A DNA stretch of 64,000 nt from Cloacibacterium sp. (GCF_047601505.1 NZ_JASGJD010000001.1:2621427-2685426); one strand, 5' to 3'; positions 1-9,394 are shown, counted from the first letter of the stretch. Notes: generated from the letters alone by a model not told the origin. Numbers and translations: made by a program.

Positions 1-541
1 TTTTTTCTGAGAGTTCGAGTGCATTTTTTGCATCTTGATAGTTTTTTTGAAGTGCAATCAAATTATTCTGAGAAGCTTGATACTGGAGCTGTACTTTTTC
101 CAAATCCAACTGAGAAACAGAGTTTTTTGTTCTCAAATCTTTGTATCGCAGAAAGTTTGTTTTATCTTGCTCTACCTGATGCAAAGCCTGATTAATCTGT
201 GACTGAATCTGCAATAATTGCGGAGAACTTGCCATTGCATTTTTTTTGGACTGAGAAAGAACAGCTTCTGCATCTTTCAATTGCTCTGTCTGCACACTGT
301 TTTCAATAGTGGCAATCAGATTATTCTCTGTTACTAATTCTCCTTCTTTTATAGGGATTTTCAAAATTGTACCACTTATATTTGCAGAAATCATGTACTC
401 ATCTTCTCTTTCGATATATCCGCTTGCAAATACGGCATCTTCTATATCTTTTCTTATGACTGATGTTTTTTCTGTTTTTTTACAAGAAAAAAGCATTAGT
501 GTAATTAATAAAAAACTGATTTTGATAATTTTGTTTCTCAT
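1..541 (-). CDS. Efflux transporter periplasmic adaptor (HlyD/membrane-fusion protein family), N-terminal part; 3' end runs off the window
   Basis: Own translation of the reverse strand from ATG at 541..539: MRNKIIKISFLLITLMLFSCKKTEKTSVIRKDIEDAVFASGYIEREDEYMISANISGTILKIPIKEGELV..., followed by a Q/L-rich coiled coil. It has a lipobox-like LFSC and starts 6 nt after the TolC stop. The + strand ORF 309..560 is antisense to it. Confidence 0.8.
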   Translation of the reverse strand, partial: MRNKIIKISFLLITLMLFSCKKTEKTSVIRKDIEDAVFASGYIEREDEYMISANISGTILKIPIKEGELVTENNLIATIENSVQTEQLKDAEAVLSQSKKNAMASSPQLLQIQSQINQALHQVEQDKTNFLRYKDLRTKNSVSQLDLEKVQLQYQASQNNLIALQKNYQDAKNALELSEK

Positions 542-547
542 AACGCG

Positions 548-1864
548 CTATGGTTTCTGAAAATCTATTTTGCGGATGTAGATTTTGTATTTTGCCAAAG
601 AAAAATCGGCAAGACTTTGTAAATAATTGTATTGTGCAGAAAGAAGGTCCGAATATCTATCCAAACGCTCATCCAGACTTATGATTCCGCTCTCGTATTT
701 GTTTTGGATATGAATGTCGTTTTTTTCCTGAAGCGATAATATTTCTTTATTTTTTTCAAGATTCGTTACCGATTGGCTGTATTGCAATTTTAGAATTTCG
801 TCTTCTTTATTCTTTGTCATTTGAATATTTTCTAATTGCAATTGCTGAATTTTAAGCTCTGACTGAGATTCTTTTACCTTTTGATTGATAGAAAATCCGT
901 TAAAAACAGGAACATTCAGTTTTACTCCAAAAAACTGCTGAGGAAGATTGTTGGCATTAGAAAAATCCATAAAATAGTCTGTTGCCCAATTGTAATTGTA
1001 TTGATAAACAAAACCCAATGAAGGATAGCGCAATGCCTCGTTCTGTTTTACGAGTGTTTTGGAAATCTCGATTTGCTTTTTCTGCAAAAGGATTTCTGGA
1101 TGAATAGTATATAAATCAAAATCAATACTACAATCATTATCATTTCCATCATCTGAGATTTTCACTTCCTCACGAAGATTAAGAATGCTCTGCAATTGTT
1201 GATAAAGTTGTTCGATATTATTTTCTGCTGTTTTAACGTTTTTCTCATTTTGTAGATTTTGTATTGAAACCCTGTTAAAATCAGCTTCACTAATTATCCC
1301 TTTTTTGTATTTTTCCGAAGCATTATTGAGCATTTTTTTAGTAACACTTGCATTATCTTCATCAATTTTCAATGCTTTCTGAGCCAACAAAATAGAGTAA
1401 TACAGAGAGGCCAACTGATTGTAAATATTAAACCTACTCAATTTTGTGTTTATTTCTCCAGCTTCAGATTGAAGTTTAGAAGTTTTAAGAGTAAAAATTT
1501 TCTGAAAATCAAGAACATTCCACTGCGCTTGTAAAGAAGTGGTATAAAGATAAGGTTTGCCAAATGTCATCTCTTCAAAACTACCTTCTGGAGCATTAGG
1601 ATTAAGAATTTTTGCAGGAACCAAAGTTGGTTGTAAAGTAATATTGTCATTAAAACCTGCAGACATATTCACAGAAGGATAAAGAAAAGATTTTGCCTGT
1701 TTTTTTCGTATCGTGTTTATTTCCTGCTGTGTTTCGGAGATGCGGATGGTTATGTTGTGATTATCTGCATAACTCATCACCTCTTGAAAAGAGCCAAGAA
1801 CAATCTGGCTCTTTACAAAAAGGCAAGACATCATAACAAAAACTACTAAAATAAATTTCTTCAT
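548..1864 (-). CDS. TolC-family outer-membrane efflux protein
   Basis: 438 aa with a signal peptide and two repeated coiled-coil/beta-barrel halves typical of OEP/TolC proteins. It is tightly packed with an MFP gene downstream. Confidence 0.9.
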   Translation of the reverse strand: MKKFILVVFVMMSCLFVKSQIVLGSFQEVMSYADNHNITIRISETQQEINTIRKKQAKSFLYPSVNMSAGFNDNITLQPTLVPAKILNPNAPEGSFEEMTFGKPYLYTTSLQAQWNVLDFQKIFTLKTSKLQSEAGEINTKLSRFNIYNQLASLYYSILLAQKALKIDEDNASVTKKMLNNASEKYKKGIISEADFNRVSIQNLQNEKNVKTAENNIEQLYQQLQSILNLREEVKISDDGNDNDCSIDFDLYTIHPEILLQKKQIEISKTLVKQNEALRYPSLGFVYQYNYNWATDYFMDFSNANNLPQQFFGVKLNVPVFNGFSINQKVKESQSELKIQQLQLENIQMTKNKEDEILKLQYSQSVTNLEKNKEILSLQEKNDIHIQNKYESGIISLDERLDRYSDLLSAQYNYLQSLADFSLAKYKIYIRKIDFQKP

Positions 1865-1868
1865 TGAT

Positions 1869-2252
1869 TTATAATCTTGTCCAGACTTGTGTTTTTGCCA
1901 TCATTCCATAAGATGCCTTAATATTCAATAAATCATCTTTAGTAATCTGAGCTGAACATGAAGCTGTACTTGATTTTTTAATAATATATACTGTCCCGTT
2001 TACATAGTTATTTTCTCCACTTGGCTTCAATCCAGAGATTTGTTTTTTTCCAATGACACCCCCATTTTCAGCCTTTCTGATAATTGCATCATAAGAAGTA
2101 CCATTTTTCACAAACTCTATTACTCTGGTCTTGTATTCATTTGTCCATTTTCCTAAGATTTTATATTCAGATGTTTGGGCTTTCATGCTCATTCCGAAGA
2201 CAACTAATGCTAATGCAAAAAGTGTTTTTGTTGTTTTAAAAAAATATGTCAT
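1869..2252 (-). CDS. DUF2147 domain-containing secreted protein
   Basis: 127 aa with a signal peptide. The pattern ILGKWTNEY...VIEFVKNGTSYDAIIRK...GKKQISGLKP...NGTVY is typical of DUF2147. There is a 4-nt gap to the TolC start. Confidence 0.75.
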   Translation of the reverse strand: MTYFFKTTKTLFALALVVFGMSMKAQTSEYKILGKWTNEYKTRVIEFVKNGTSYDAIIRKAENGGVIGKKQISGLKPSGENNYVNGTVYIIKKSSTASCSAQITKDDLLNIKASYGMMAKTQVWTRL

Positions 2253-2272
2253 ATTTTTATGCTTAATATTGA

Positions 2273-2560
2273 TTAATAAATTACAACTCTTCTTGGTGTA
2301 CGTTTTACAAAATATACTCTCGGTACTGGCTCTACAACCACTACTCTTCTAGGTGGTGGCACAACTACGTTAACGCTTACAACTGGAGAAACAACCGTAG
2401 GAATAGGTTCTACAAATACAACTTTAGGAGCAGGTACAACAACAATGTTAACAGAAACAGGTCTTCTTTTTGCAGAAACAAAGACCTGCGAATTGGCTGT
2501 ATTAGATAACATCCCAAAAACTCCAATTAAGAAGAGTTTATAAAAATTAATTGTTTTCAT
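2273..2560 (-). CDS. Small secreted Val/Pro/Arg-rich protein (hypothetical)
   Basis: 95 aa with an ATG start and a signal peptide ending ...NTANSQ. The mature part is almost only V/P/R and contains two similar units of about 24 aa (PVSVNIVVVPAPKVVFVEPIP / PVVSVNVVVPPPRRVVVVEPVP). It lies 20 nt upstream of the DUF2147 gene. Confidence 0.55.
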   Translation of the reverse strand: MKTINFYKLFLIGVFGMLSNTANSQVFVSAKRRPVSVNIVVVPAPKVVFVEPIPTVVSPVVSVNVVVPPPRRVVVVEPVPRVYFVKRTPRRVVIY

Positions 2561-2776
2561 TTTTAAATATTTTTATGAGTTATTGACAACAAAAATATTA
2601 TCATAATGAAACAAACTTTTTCAAAATAATATTAAACTGAACATTAACAAGAATGAATTGACCATTTTAGTTGTTAAATATAATTATCATTAGGATATTT
2701 TCATAAAGAATTGTGATAAAACTCAAGCTATTTTTTGAAGGAAATTGAAAAAAAGAGTATTAATAAAATAACTAAA

Positions 2777-2803
2777 TCCGCCACAAAATATATTGTAGCG
2801 GAC
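2777..2803 (-). terminator. Hairpin downstream of the LytTR regulator gene
   Basis: tccgccaca-N-tgtagcgga inverted repeat with one mismatch, followed on the minus strand by T-rich sequence. Confidence 0.4.
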
Positions 2804-2895
2804 TAGACAAATAAAAATATAATAATTTTAAAATATTTTTTTACAAAATAATCAAGTATAATAAACGCAGTAATTGCAAAATAGAATCTTATAAA

Positions 2896-3630
2896 TTATT
2901 TACCTAAAACTTTCTTTGTTACAAATTCATTAAAAAAAGAATCTCGATAAATATTACCAATTGGAATTTCGTTTTCACCAATATAAACCGTATTATTATC
3001 CAATGAATCGATACATTTTGAATTAATGATGTAAGATTTACTCACCCTTACAAAAATACCTTTTGGTAATTGATCCTGAATGGTTTTAATATTCATTGCT
3101 GTAATTATTTTTTGTTTATGGGTGTGTAAAATCACATAGTCTTTCAGACCTTGAATAAAATAAATGTCCATAAAATGTATTTTAAACATTCTCCTTTCAG
3201 CTTTTACAAATAAATAATCATCTGCTGTTGTTTCTATATTTGTTGTATAATCATGTAATTTTATAAGATTAGAATAGCTTTTAGCTTTTTCAACAGCTTT
3301 TTGAAAACGTTCTAGCTTTATGGGTTTTATAAGATAGTCAACAGCATCAACTTCATAACTATCGACTGCATACTCAGAAAAAGCAGTAGTAAAAACGACA
3401 AGAGTTTCCTTTGGAATAGTACTAGAAAATTCTATCCCATTTGTACCAGGCATTTGAATATCCAAAAATATTAAATCTATTATGCTAGGATTATTTTTTA
3501 AAAACACTCCTGCCGACTCTGCACCATTAAAGGTTTGAATTAATTCTAAATCATCAGTTTTATCAACCAACATCTCTACGGCTTCTCTTGCCAAAGGTTC
3601 GTCATCTATAATAATACATTTTATTTTCAT
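2896..3630 (-). CDS. LytR/AlgR-family response regulator (receiver + LytTR DNA-binding domain)
   Basis: 244 aa. The N-terminus MKIKCIIIDDEPLA...FLDIQMPGTNG...LIKP is a receiver domain. The C-terminal LytTR-type segment reads ...VRVSKSYIIN.... Confidence 0.92.
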   Translation of the reverse strand: MKIKCIIIDDEPLAREAVEMLVDKTDDLELIQTFNGAESAGVFLKNNPSIIDLIFLDIQMPGTNGIEFSSTIPKETLVVFTTAFSEYAVDSYEVDAVDYLIKPIKLERFQKAVEKAKSYSNLIKLHDYTTNIETTADDYLFVKAERRMFKIHFMDIYFIQGLKDYVILHTHKQKIITAMNIKTIQDQLPKGIFVRVSKSYIINSKCIDSLDNNTVYIGENEIPIGNIYRDSFFNEFVTKKVLGK

Positions 3631-3669
3631 AAAATTTTAACTGTATAAAATATCAACATTTTCTAGACT

Positions 3670-4067
3670 CTAAATAACAAAATAATCATCAAAGATAACA
3701 TGATTATTTTTCTCAACTAAATTCAGAAAAATTTGTGCTTCGTGAATTCCACTACAAAAGCGCTTTGGAATTTGAGATTCCAAATGCTTTTCAGAATTAA
3801 TTCTAGAAGTTCTATTTACAAAAGGAGAAAATTCTGGAATATAAATTACAAAAGTATTTTTGGGAATAATTTGTAACAATTCTATACAATTTACGTCATT
3901 CATCTCAATATCAAAAAACACAATATCGATTTTATTATTTTTCAAAAAAAAGAAGCTTCTAAAATTGAATTGAATGTAGAAACTAATTGCATATTGTCTG
4001 TTTGAATAATTAATTTTTCTATAGACCTTTTCATGGAAAAGTCATCATTTACGATAATACATTTCAT
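3670..4067 (-). pseudogene. Stand-alone receiver-domain paralogue, reading frame broken in an 8-nt homopolymer
   Basis: ATG at 4067..4065 overlaps the kinase stop (ATGA) and reads MKCIIVNDDFSMKRSIEKLIIQTDNMQLVSTFNSILEASFF*. The rest (LKNNKIDIVFFDIEMNDVNCIELL...) continues in the next frame as ORF 3670..3945. The span is 398 nt, not a multiple of 3. One extra A/T in the run 3944..3951 restores a 132-aa receiver that aligns with the N-terminus of the adjacent LytTR regulator. Confidence 0.65.
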
Positions 4068-5092
4068 ATTTTAAGAGTTAAAATAACAGAAAAAGTATCA
4101 ACATCATTATTTATTTTTAATGAATGACTTAATGGAAATAAAAGTTCTAATCTTCTTTTAATATTACCAAGCCCAAGTCCTCCAGAAGTAGAGACTGCTT
4201 TTTGTATTGGCTTAGAATTTATACATCGAAAAATAAGTTCATTATCCTTTACCTCAAAAAAAACATTAACATATGATGACTTAGCAGAATCATTGTTATG
4301 CTTCACAGCATTTTCCACAAAAGAAATAAACAATAATGGTGGAATCTGTACTCCACTGAGATTTCCTTCTTTAGAAATGAAAAAACTGAAATTATCACGA
4401 CGGACTTTTTCAAGATTAAGAAAGTCTTCTAAAAAACGAATATCCGAGGTTAATAAAACATATTCTCTAGCACTATCATACAACTGATAACGTAGTAAAT
4501 CGCTCAATTTCATCAATATTTCTGAAGCTTTTTCTGGATCTTTCTGAGTTAGAACATAAGCGCTATTCAACATATTAAACAAAAAATGGGGATTAATTTG
4601 ATTTTTTAATTGCTCCAATTCTACTAAAGCTTTTGATTTTTCCAATTCAAAAATCAACTGCTTATCTATTACCCATTTTTGAAATAATTTTATAGATGTT
4701 GATGCTGCAATAAGAATAAGAATAAGAATAAGAATGGAAAAAAGAGGTATATTAAGTCCCTCGTCATCAAATTTTTTCCCCTCATAATACGTTAAAAATA
4801 TCTTTGTTAGAATGATTACAACTCCCAAAACACTTATAATAGTAAAGAAATACCATACATATTTATTCTTAAATAAGAGTTTCGGAACCAGTACATACAT
4901 ATTACTATAGAATAACAAAAAAAATAAAAGTAACACCAATGTAGGTTCAGGAATTTCTGGTGTACTATTATATAGAACGGCACTAATAAAAATAATAAGC
5001 AGTAAATGTCTTAAAATTCTATACTTAGAAGAAATCAAAAACTGAAATATCCAATTTTCGTTCATCAATTCATTATGTAAATCTTTATGCAT
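4064..5092 (-). CDS. Sensor histidine kinase, LytS/YehU-type (His_kinase + HATPase_c), multi-TM N-terminus
   Basis: Motif NPHFLFNMLNSAYVL (pfam06580-type H-box), an N-box ENAVKHN, and a G-box GGLGLGNIKRRL, with 4 predicted TM helices. I prefer the start MHKDLH (ATG 5092) over the ORF-track start at 5179, whose extra 29 aa look like promoter sequence. Confidence 0.88.
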   Translation of the reverse strand: MHKDLHNELMNENWIFQFLISSKYRILRHLLLIIFISAVLYNSTPEIPEPTLVLLLFFLLFYSNMYVLVPKLLFKNKYVWYFFTIISVLGVVIILTKIFLTYYEGKKFDDEGLNIPLFSILILILILIAASTSIKLFQKWVIDKQLIFELEKSKALVELEQLKNQINPHFLFNMLNSAYVLTQKDPEKASEILMKLSDLLRYQLYDSAREYVLLTSDIRFLEDFLNLEKVRRDNFSFFISKEGNLSGVQIPPLLFISFVENAVKHNNDSAKSSYVNVFFEVKDNELIFRCINSKPIQKAVSTSGGLGLGNIKRRLELLFPLSHSLKINNDVDTFSVILTLKI

Positions 5093-5332
5093 ATTCAATA
5101 TATTAATTGATGAAACAAAGTTAACTTTTAAGAAAAAAAAATCTCCTTTTTTATACAAAAAGCACTTTTTTTTATACAAAACAATAATAAAAATTATGTC
5201 CTCTTACTTTAAAAACACCATAGTCAGGCTATTTACATCCTACAAATAATTTTTTTGTAGTCAAAAAATGCAATTTCATATAAAAACCAATTGCTTTTGT
5301 ATAATTAAAAATAAATAAATCCTCTTAAAAAA

Positions 5333-5340
5333 TAGTTTTG
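5333..5340 (+). promoter_or_regulatory. Bacteroidetes-type -7 promoter box (TAnnTTTG)
   Basis: tagttttg lies 33 nt upstream of the ATG at 5373. Confidence 0.35.
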
Positions 5341-5372
5341 CTAAAAGAATTTTAACTTAATCCGAAACTAGA

Positions 5373-7748
5373 ATGAAAAACAACCTTTTTGTCCCCTTGT
5401 TCGTAACGATTTCAGCACTTGTTTTTGCACAGGAAAAAGTAACCCTTAGCGGAACGATTGCCAACAAATCGAACAACGAAACACTTATTGGTGCAACTAT
5501 TTCAATTCCAGAAGCAAATATATCTGCCTCAACTAATTCCTACGGATTTTATTCCATCAGTTTACCAAAGGGAGATTACACTATTATTATCAATTATCCA
5601 GATTTTGAACAAGTAGAAGAAAAAATATCTTTAACAGAAAGCCTCAGAAGAATTTTTTTAATTACAGAAAGCAGTCGTACAAAGTCAATTGATGAAGTGG
5701 TGATTACTAAATCCTCTACCAAAACCAACATCCGAACTCCAGAAATGAGCGTTAACAAACTCTCAATTTCTACCATCAAAAAAATGCCAGCAGTAATGGG
5801 AGAAGTAGATATTTTGAAATCTATCCTACAGCTTCCAGGTGTTGCCAATGCTCAAGAAGGCGCTTCTGGCTTTAACGTAAGAGGAGGAGCAACAGACGGA
5901 AATTTGGTGCTTTTGGATGAAGCAATTGTCTATAATACTTCACATTTATTTGGATTTTTCTCGGTTTTTAATTCTGACGTTATTAAAGATTTAAAACTCT
6001 ATAAAGGGGGTATTCCTGCTAATTTCGGAGGGCGTATTTCTTCTGTTTTAGATATTTATCAAAAAGAAGGTAACAACAAAGAGCTTCACGCAACAGGAGG
6101 AATTGGAGCTGTTTCTAGTAAATTATTGATAGAAGGACCAATTGTAAAAGAAAAAAGTTCTTTTGTTATTGGAGGTAGAGCTTCTTATGCCCATCTTTTT
6201 CTGAAATTGGCGGACGAGCCTAATTCTGCATATTTCTATGATTTGAATGCCAAATTGAATTACAAAATTAACGATAAAAACAGCCTTTATTTATCTGGAT
6301 ACTTCGGTAAAGACGACATGAATTTCAACAATTCTTTGAAGAATAATTATGGAAACACTCTCTTTAACGTAAGATGGAATCATATTTTCTCGGATAAATT
6401 ATTCTCTAATATCTCTGCAATTTACAGCAATTACGACTACGGATTACAAATAAAAGCAGCTGGAATAGATTGGAAATCAACCATTAAAAATTACAATTTC
6501 AAATACGATTTAAAACATTATTTGTCTGATAAACTGAATTTGAGCTATGGCGTTAATTCTATATATTATCAATTTAATCCAGGAACGATAAAACCTTTTG
6601 GTGAAAACTCTCCTGTACATGCGGATCAGATTGCAAAGAAAAACGCAATGGAAAATGCAATCTACGTGAGTGCCGAGCACAAATTTTCGGATAAACTTTC
6701 TGCAACTTACGGTTTACGATACAGTAATTTCATGCGGTTGGGAGCACAAGAAATAAATACTTATGCCAATAATGAAGCCGTGGTTTACAATCCTGAGTTA
6801 AAAATTTATGAAGAAGGAACACCTACAGGAAGTATCCTTTATGGTAAAAACAAAAAAATAGCGAGCTACGGAAATATAGAACCACGTATAGGTATTGCTT
6901 ATATTTTGGATGAAAAGCAATCCATAAAAGCAAGCTACAACCGAATGGCACAATATATTCATCTGATTTCCAATACAGCTTCTGTTTCACCATTAGATAT
7001 TTGGGCGCCAAGTGACAAATTTTTAAAGCCGCAAATACTAGATCAGGTTGCATTGGGATATTTTAGAAATTTTAATAACGGAAAATACTCTTTGGAGGTT
7101 GAAACCTTTTATAAAAAAATTAAAAACAGAGCAGATTATATAGATGGAGCCGAGCTCATTGCTAACAAAAACATAGAACAAGTAATGCTAAATGGAGAAA
7201 GCAGAGCTTATGGACTAGAAATTATGGCAAAGAAAAACACTGGAAGATTGACTGGTTGGTTATCTTACACACTTTCCAGAGCAGAACAGAGAACACCTGG
7301 AAGAAATGCTAGCGAACCAGGAATCAACAATGGAAAGTGGTACAGAGCTAATTATGATAAAACCCATAATCTGTCTCTTACTGCAGCCTATCAACTGACC
7401 AAAAAATGGAGTTTTGGAGGAATTTTCACTTATCAGACAGGAAAAGCAGCAACGTATCCTAACGGAAAATACCAATACCAAGGAATTACCATTGCGAGTT
7501 ATGGAGAAAGAAATGCAAACTCAATACCTGCATATCATCACTTAGATTTATCTGCAACTTGGACTCCAAAGCCAGATACTACAAAACGTTGGAAAGGAGA
7601 ATGGGTTTTCAGTATCTATAATGTCTATGGAAGAAGCAATGCTGCTGCCGTTACCTTCGGGCAAAATCTGGATACAGGTGTAAGCGAAGCAAAACAAATG
7701 TCGATTTTCGAAATTATCCCTAGTGTAACGTATAATTTTAAGTTTTGA
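5373..7748 (+). CDS. TonB-dependent receptor with N-terminal carboxypeptidase-regulatory-like domain
   Basis: 791 aa with a signal peptide. The CarboxypepD_reg-like start is VTLSGTIANKSNNETLIGATISI...GFYSISLPKGDYTI. It also has a plug domain and a C-terminal beta-barrel ending ...TYNFKF. Confidence 0.92.
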   Translation: MKNNLFVPLFVTISALVFAQEKVTLSGTIANKSNNETLIGATISIPEANISASTNSYGFYSISLPKGDYTIIINYPDFEQVEEKISLTESLRRIFLITESSRTKSIDEVVITKSSTKTNIRTPEMSVNKLSISTIKKMPAVMGEVDILKSILQLPGVANAQEGASGFNVRGGATDGNLVLLDEAIVYNTSHLFGFFSVFNSDVIKDLKLYKGGIPANFGGRISSVLDIYQKEGNNKELHATGGIGAVSSKLLIEGPIVKEKSSFVIGGRASYAHLFLKLADEPNSAYFYDLNAKLNYKINDKNSLYLSGYFGKDDMNFNNSLKNNYGNTLFNVRWNHIFSDKLFSNISAIYSNYDYGLQIKAAGIDWKSTIKNYNFKYDLKHYLSDKLNLSYGVNSIYYQFNPGTIKPFGENSPVHADQIAKKNAMENAIYVSAEHKFSDKLSATYGLRYSNFMRLGAQEINTYANNEAVVYNPELKIYEEGTPTGSILYGKNKKIASYGNIEPRIGIAYILDEKQSIKASYNRMAQYIHLISNTASVSPLDIWAPSDKFLKPQILDQVALGYFRNFNNGKYSLEVETFYKKIKNRADYIDGAELIANKNIEQVMLNGESRAYGLEIMAKKNTGRLTGWLSYTLSRAEQRTPGRNASEPGINNGKWYRANYDKTHNLSLTAAYQLTKKWSFGGIFTYQTGKAATYPNGKYQYQGITIASYGERNANSIPAYHHLDLSATWTPKPDTTKRWKGEWVFSIYNVYGRSNAAAVTFGQNLDTGVSEAKQMSIFEIIPSVTYNFKF

Positions 7749-7800
7749 TGGATGACTGAAATTAGAAGTAAAAAATTTGATTGGAACACGCACTTGCAGC

Positions 7801-7901
7801 CCGCCCTCCGTTCCCGCTGTCATTGCGATGAACGGAGCAATCCACCTTCAAATTTCACAGATTGCTTCGTTCATCGCAATGACAGCGGGAACGGAGGGCG
7901 G
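7801..7901. repeat. GC-rich near-perfect palindrome (42-bp arms, 17-nt loop), REP/MITE-like element
   Basis: Left arm 7801..7842 is ccgccctccgttcccgctgtcattgcgatgaacggagcaatc. Right arm 7860..7901 is its reverse complement with one G/A difference, which is a G-U pair in RNA. Arm G+C is far above the surrounding DNA. It sits in the 227-nt spacer between the receptor and DUF4249 genes. Confidence 0.85.
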
Positions 7902-7975
7902 AATAGCTGCCCAAATCTAATGAATTGGTTAGGTAGAGATAAATAAAATTAATAAACTTTATAAATTTTTAAAAA

Positions 7976-8797
7976 ATGAAAAAATTTAAAAAATATATCA
8001 TTATCGCTTTAGGAATAGTCCTTATTTCTTGCGAAAAGGTCATAGATGTTGATTTGGATACAGCCCCTCCTAAATTAGTGGTAGATGCTTCAATAGATTG
8101 GGTAAAAAATACAACAGGTAATCAGCAAAAAATAAAACTTTCCACAAGCACAGGTTATTATAGTACAGAATTCCCAAGCGTATCGGGAGCTACTATAACC
8201 ATTTCCAATTCAGAAAATACGGTATTCATTTTTACTGAAAATCAGGGAACTGGAGAATATGTTTGTAACAATTTTGTTCCGTCAATTGGAGAAACTTACA
8301 CGCTTACCATTAATCTGAACGGAGAAACTTATACCGCAACAGATAAAATGATTGCAGCCCCAAAAATAGAAGACAATATTTTGCAAAATAACGAAGGAGG
8401 AATGGCAGGAGACGAAGTGGAAATCACCTATTATTATCAGGACAATCCTGCGGAAACAAATTATTATGTTTTCAGTAACAAAAATCCGCACATTGCCTTT
8501 CCACAATATCAGGCAGAAAATGATGAGAATAATAATGGTGGATTTACGCCTGTTTTTTATTCAGATAAAGACTTAAAACAGGGAGACATTGTTAGCATTA
8601 AACTCTATGGAATTTCTAAGAGATATTACGATTATTTCAGAAAAATCCTAAATGCTTCAGGTGCAGATACAGGTCCTTTTGCAACTACACCAACTTCAGT
8701 CTTCGGAAATATTAGCAACAAAACCAATTCTGCAAATACACCATTCGGGTATTTCAGACTATCAGAAGTGGATATGAAAAATTATACAATACAATAA
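7976..8797 (+). CDS. DUF4249 domain-containing lipoprotein (usual partner of CarboxypepD_reg-type TonB receptors)
   Basis: 273 aa with lipoprotein signal ...LISC. EKVIDVDLDTAPPKLVVDASI is the typical DUF4249 start. It lies immediately downstream of the receptor. Confidence 0.8.
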   Translation: MKKFKKYIIIALGIVLISCEKVIDVDLDTAPPKLVVDASIDWVKNTTGNQQKIKLSTSTGYYSTEFPSVSGATITISNSENTVFIFTENQGTGEYVCNNFVPSIGETYTLTINLNGETYTATDKMIAAPKIEDNILQNNEGGMAGDEVEITYYYQDNPAETNYYVFSNKNPHIAFPQYQAENDENNNGGFTPVFYSDKDLKQGDIVSIKLYGISKRYYDYFRKILNASGADTGPFATTPTSVFGNISNKTNSANTPFGYFRLSEVDMKNYTIQ

Positions 8798-8866
8798 TAG
8801 TTTCTCAATTTATATTGTAAAAGAGTGATTTTAAATTATCATTAGAACCACTCTTTCAATACATAA

Positions 8867-9394
8867 AAGTATATTTTACAAGCTAAAAAAAATAATTATT
8901 TACATCTAAACAATCTAAAAACAGATAAACTAATTATTGGATCTACTTATGGATTGACGCATATATTAATTAATTCTCTAACTTCCTTTAGCCAAGAATA
9001 CCCTGACATACAAATTCAAATAGTGTTTGGTTCAACTTTAGAACTATTAAAAAAACTAAGAAATTATGAATTAGATTGTATACTTTCATTCCTTTCAAAG
9101 TCTAACAATAATTCAGATACAGAAACTGTAACACTTTTTACTTCAACATTGTCTCTCATCGTTCACAAATCACATCCTTGGAGTAGATTAAAAAAAATTT
9201 CTTTAAAAATGATAAAAGAAGTTCCCCTAGTAATTGCTTCTCAAAGCTATAGTATCCGTAATTATTTAGACGAAATTCTTACTCAAAAAAATGGAATTTT
9301 AAATATACAAAAGGAAGTAAATGATATTCACAGTTTATTGAAACTTACCAATACCAAACAATGGAATACAATCAATACCGTCCTAAACGATTAA
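8867..9394 (+). pseudogene. LysR-family regulator remnant (substrate-binding domain only, HTH missing)
   Basis: The frame is open from 8867 and reads ...KLIIGSTYGLTHILINSLTSFSQEYPDIQIQIVFGSTLELLKKLRNYELDCILSF.... This matches the LysR_substrate domain from about residue 85 onward. There is no N-terminal wHTH and no ATG; the ORF-track start is TTG. Confidence 0.6.

Noticed and set aside
309-560. 83-aa + strand ORF
   Set aside because: It lies antisense to a clearly recognisable HlyD/MFP coding frame (lipoprotein start, hairpin motif, coiled coil). Its own translation is low-complexity with no start context.
5093-5179. N-terminal 29-aa extension of the LytS-type kinase ORF
   Set aside because: The extension (MYKKKCFLYKKGDFFFLKV...) is encoded by A/T homopolymer-rich DNA that looks like promoter or leader sequence. 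The Met at 5092 gives a normal kinase N-terminus.
7752-7946. 64-aa ORF spanning the GC-rich palindrome (mirrored by 7548..7823 on the minus strand)
   Set aside because: The ORF exists only because a stop-free palindrome reads open in both directions. The peptide (..CHCDERSNPP...DCFVHRNDSG..) is the typical artefact of this repeat type.
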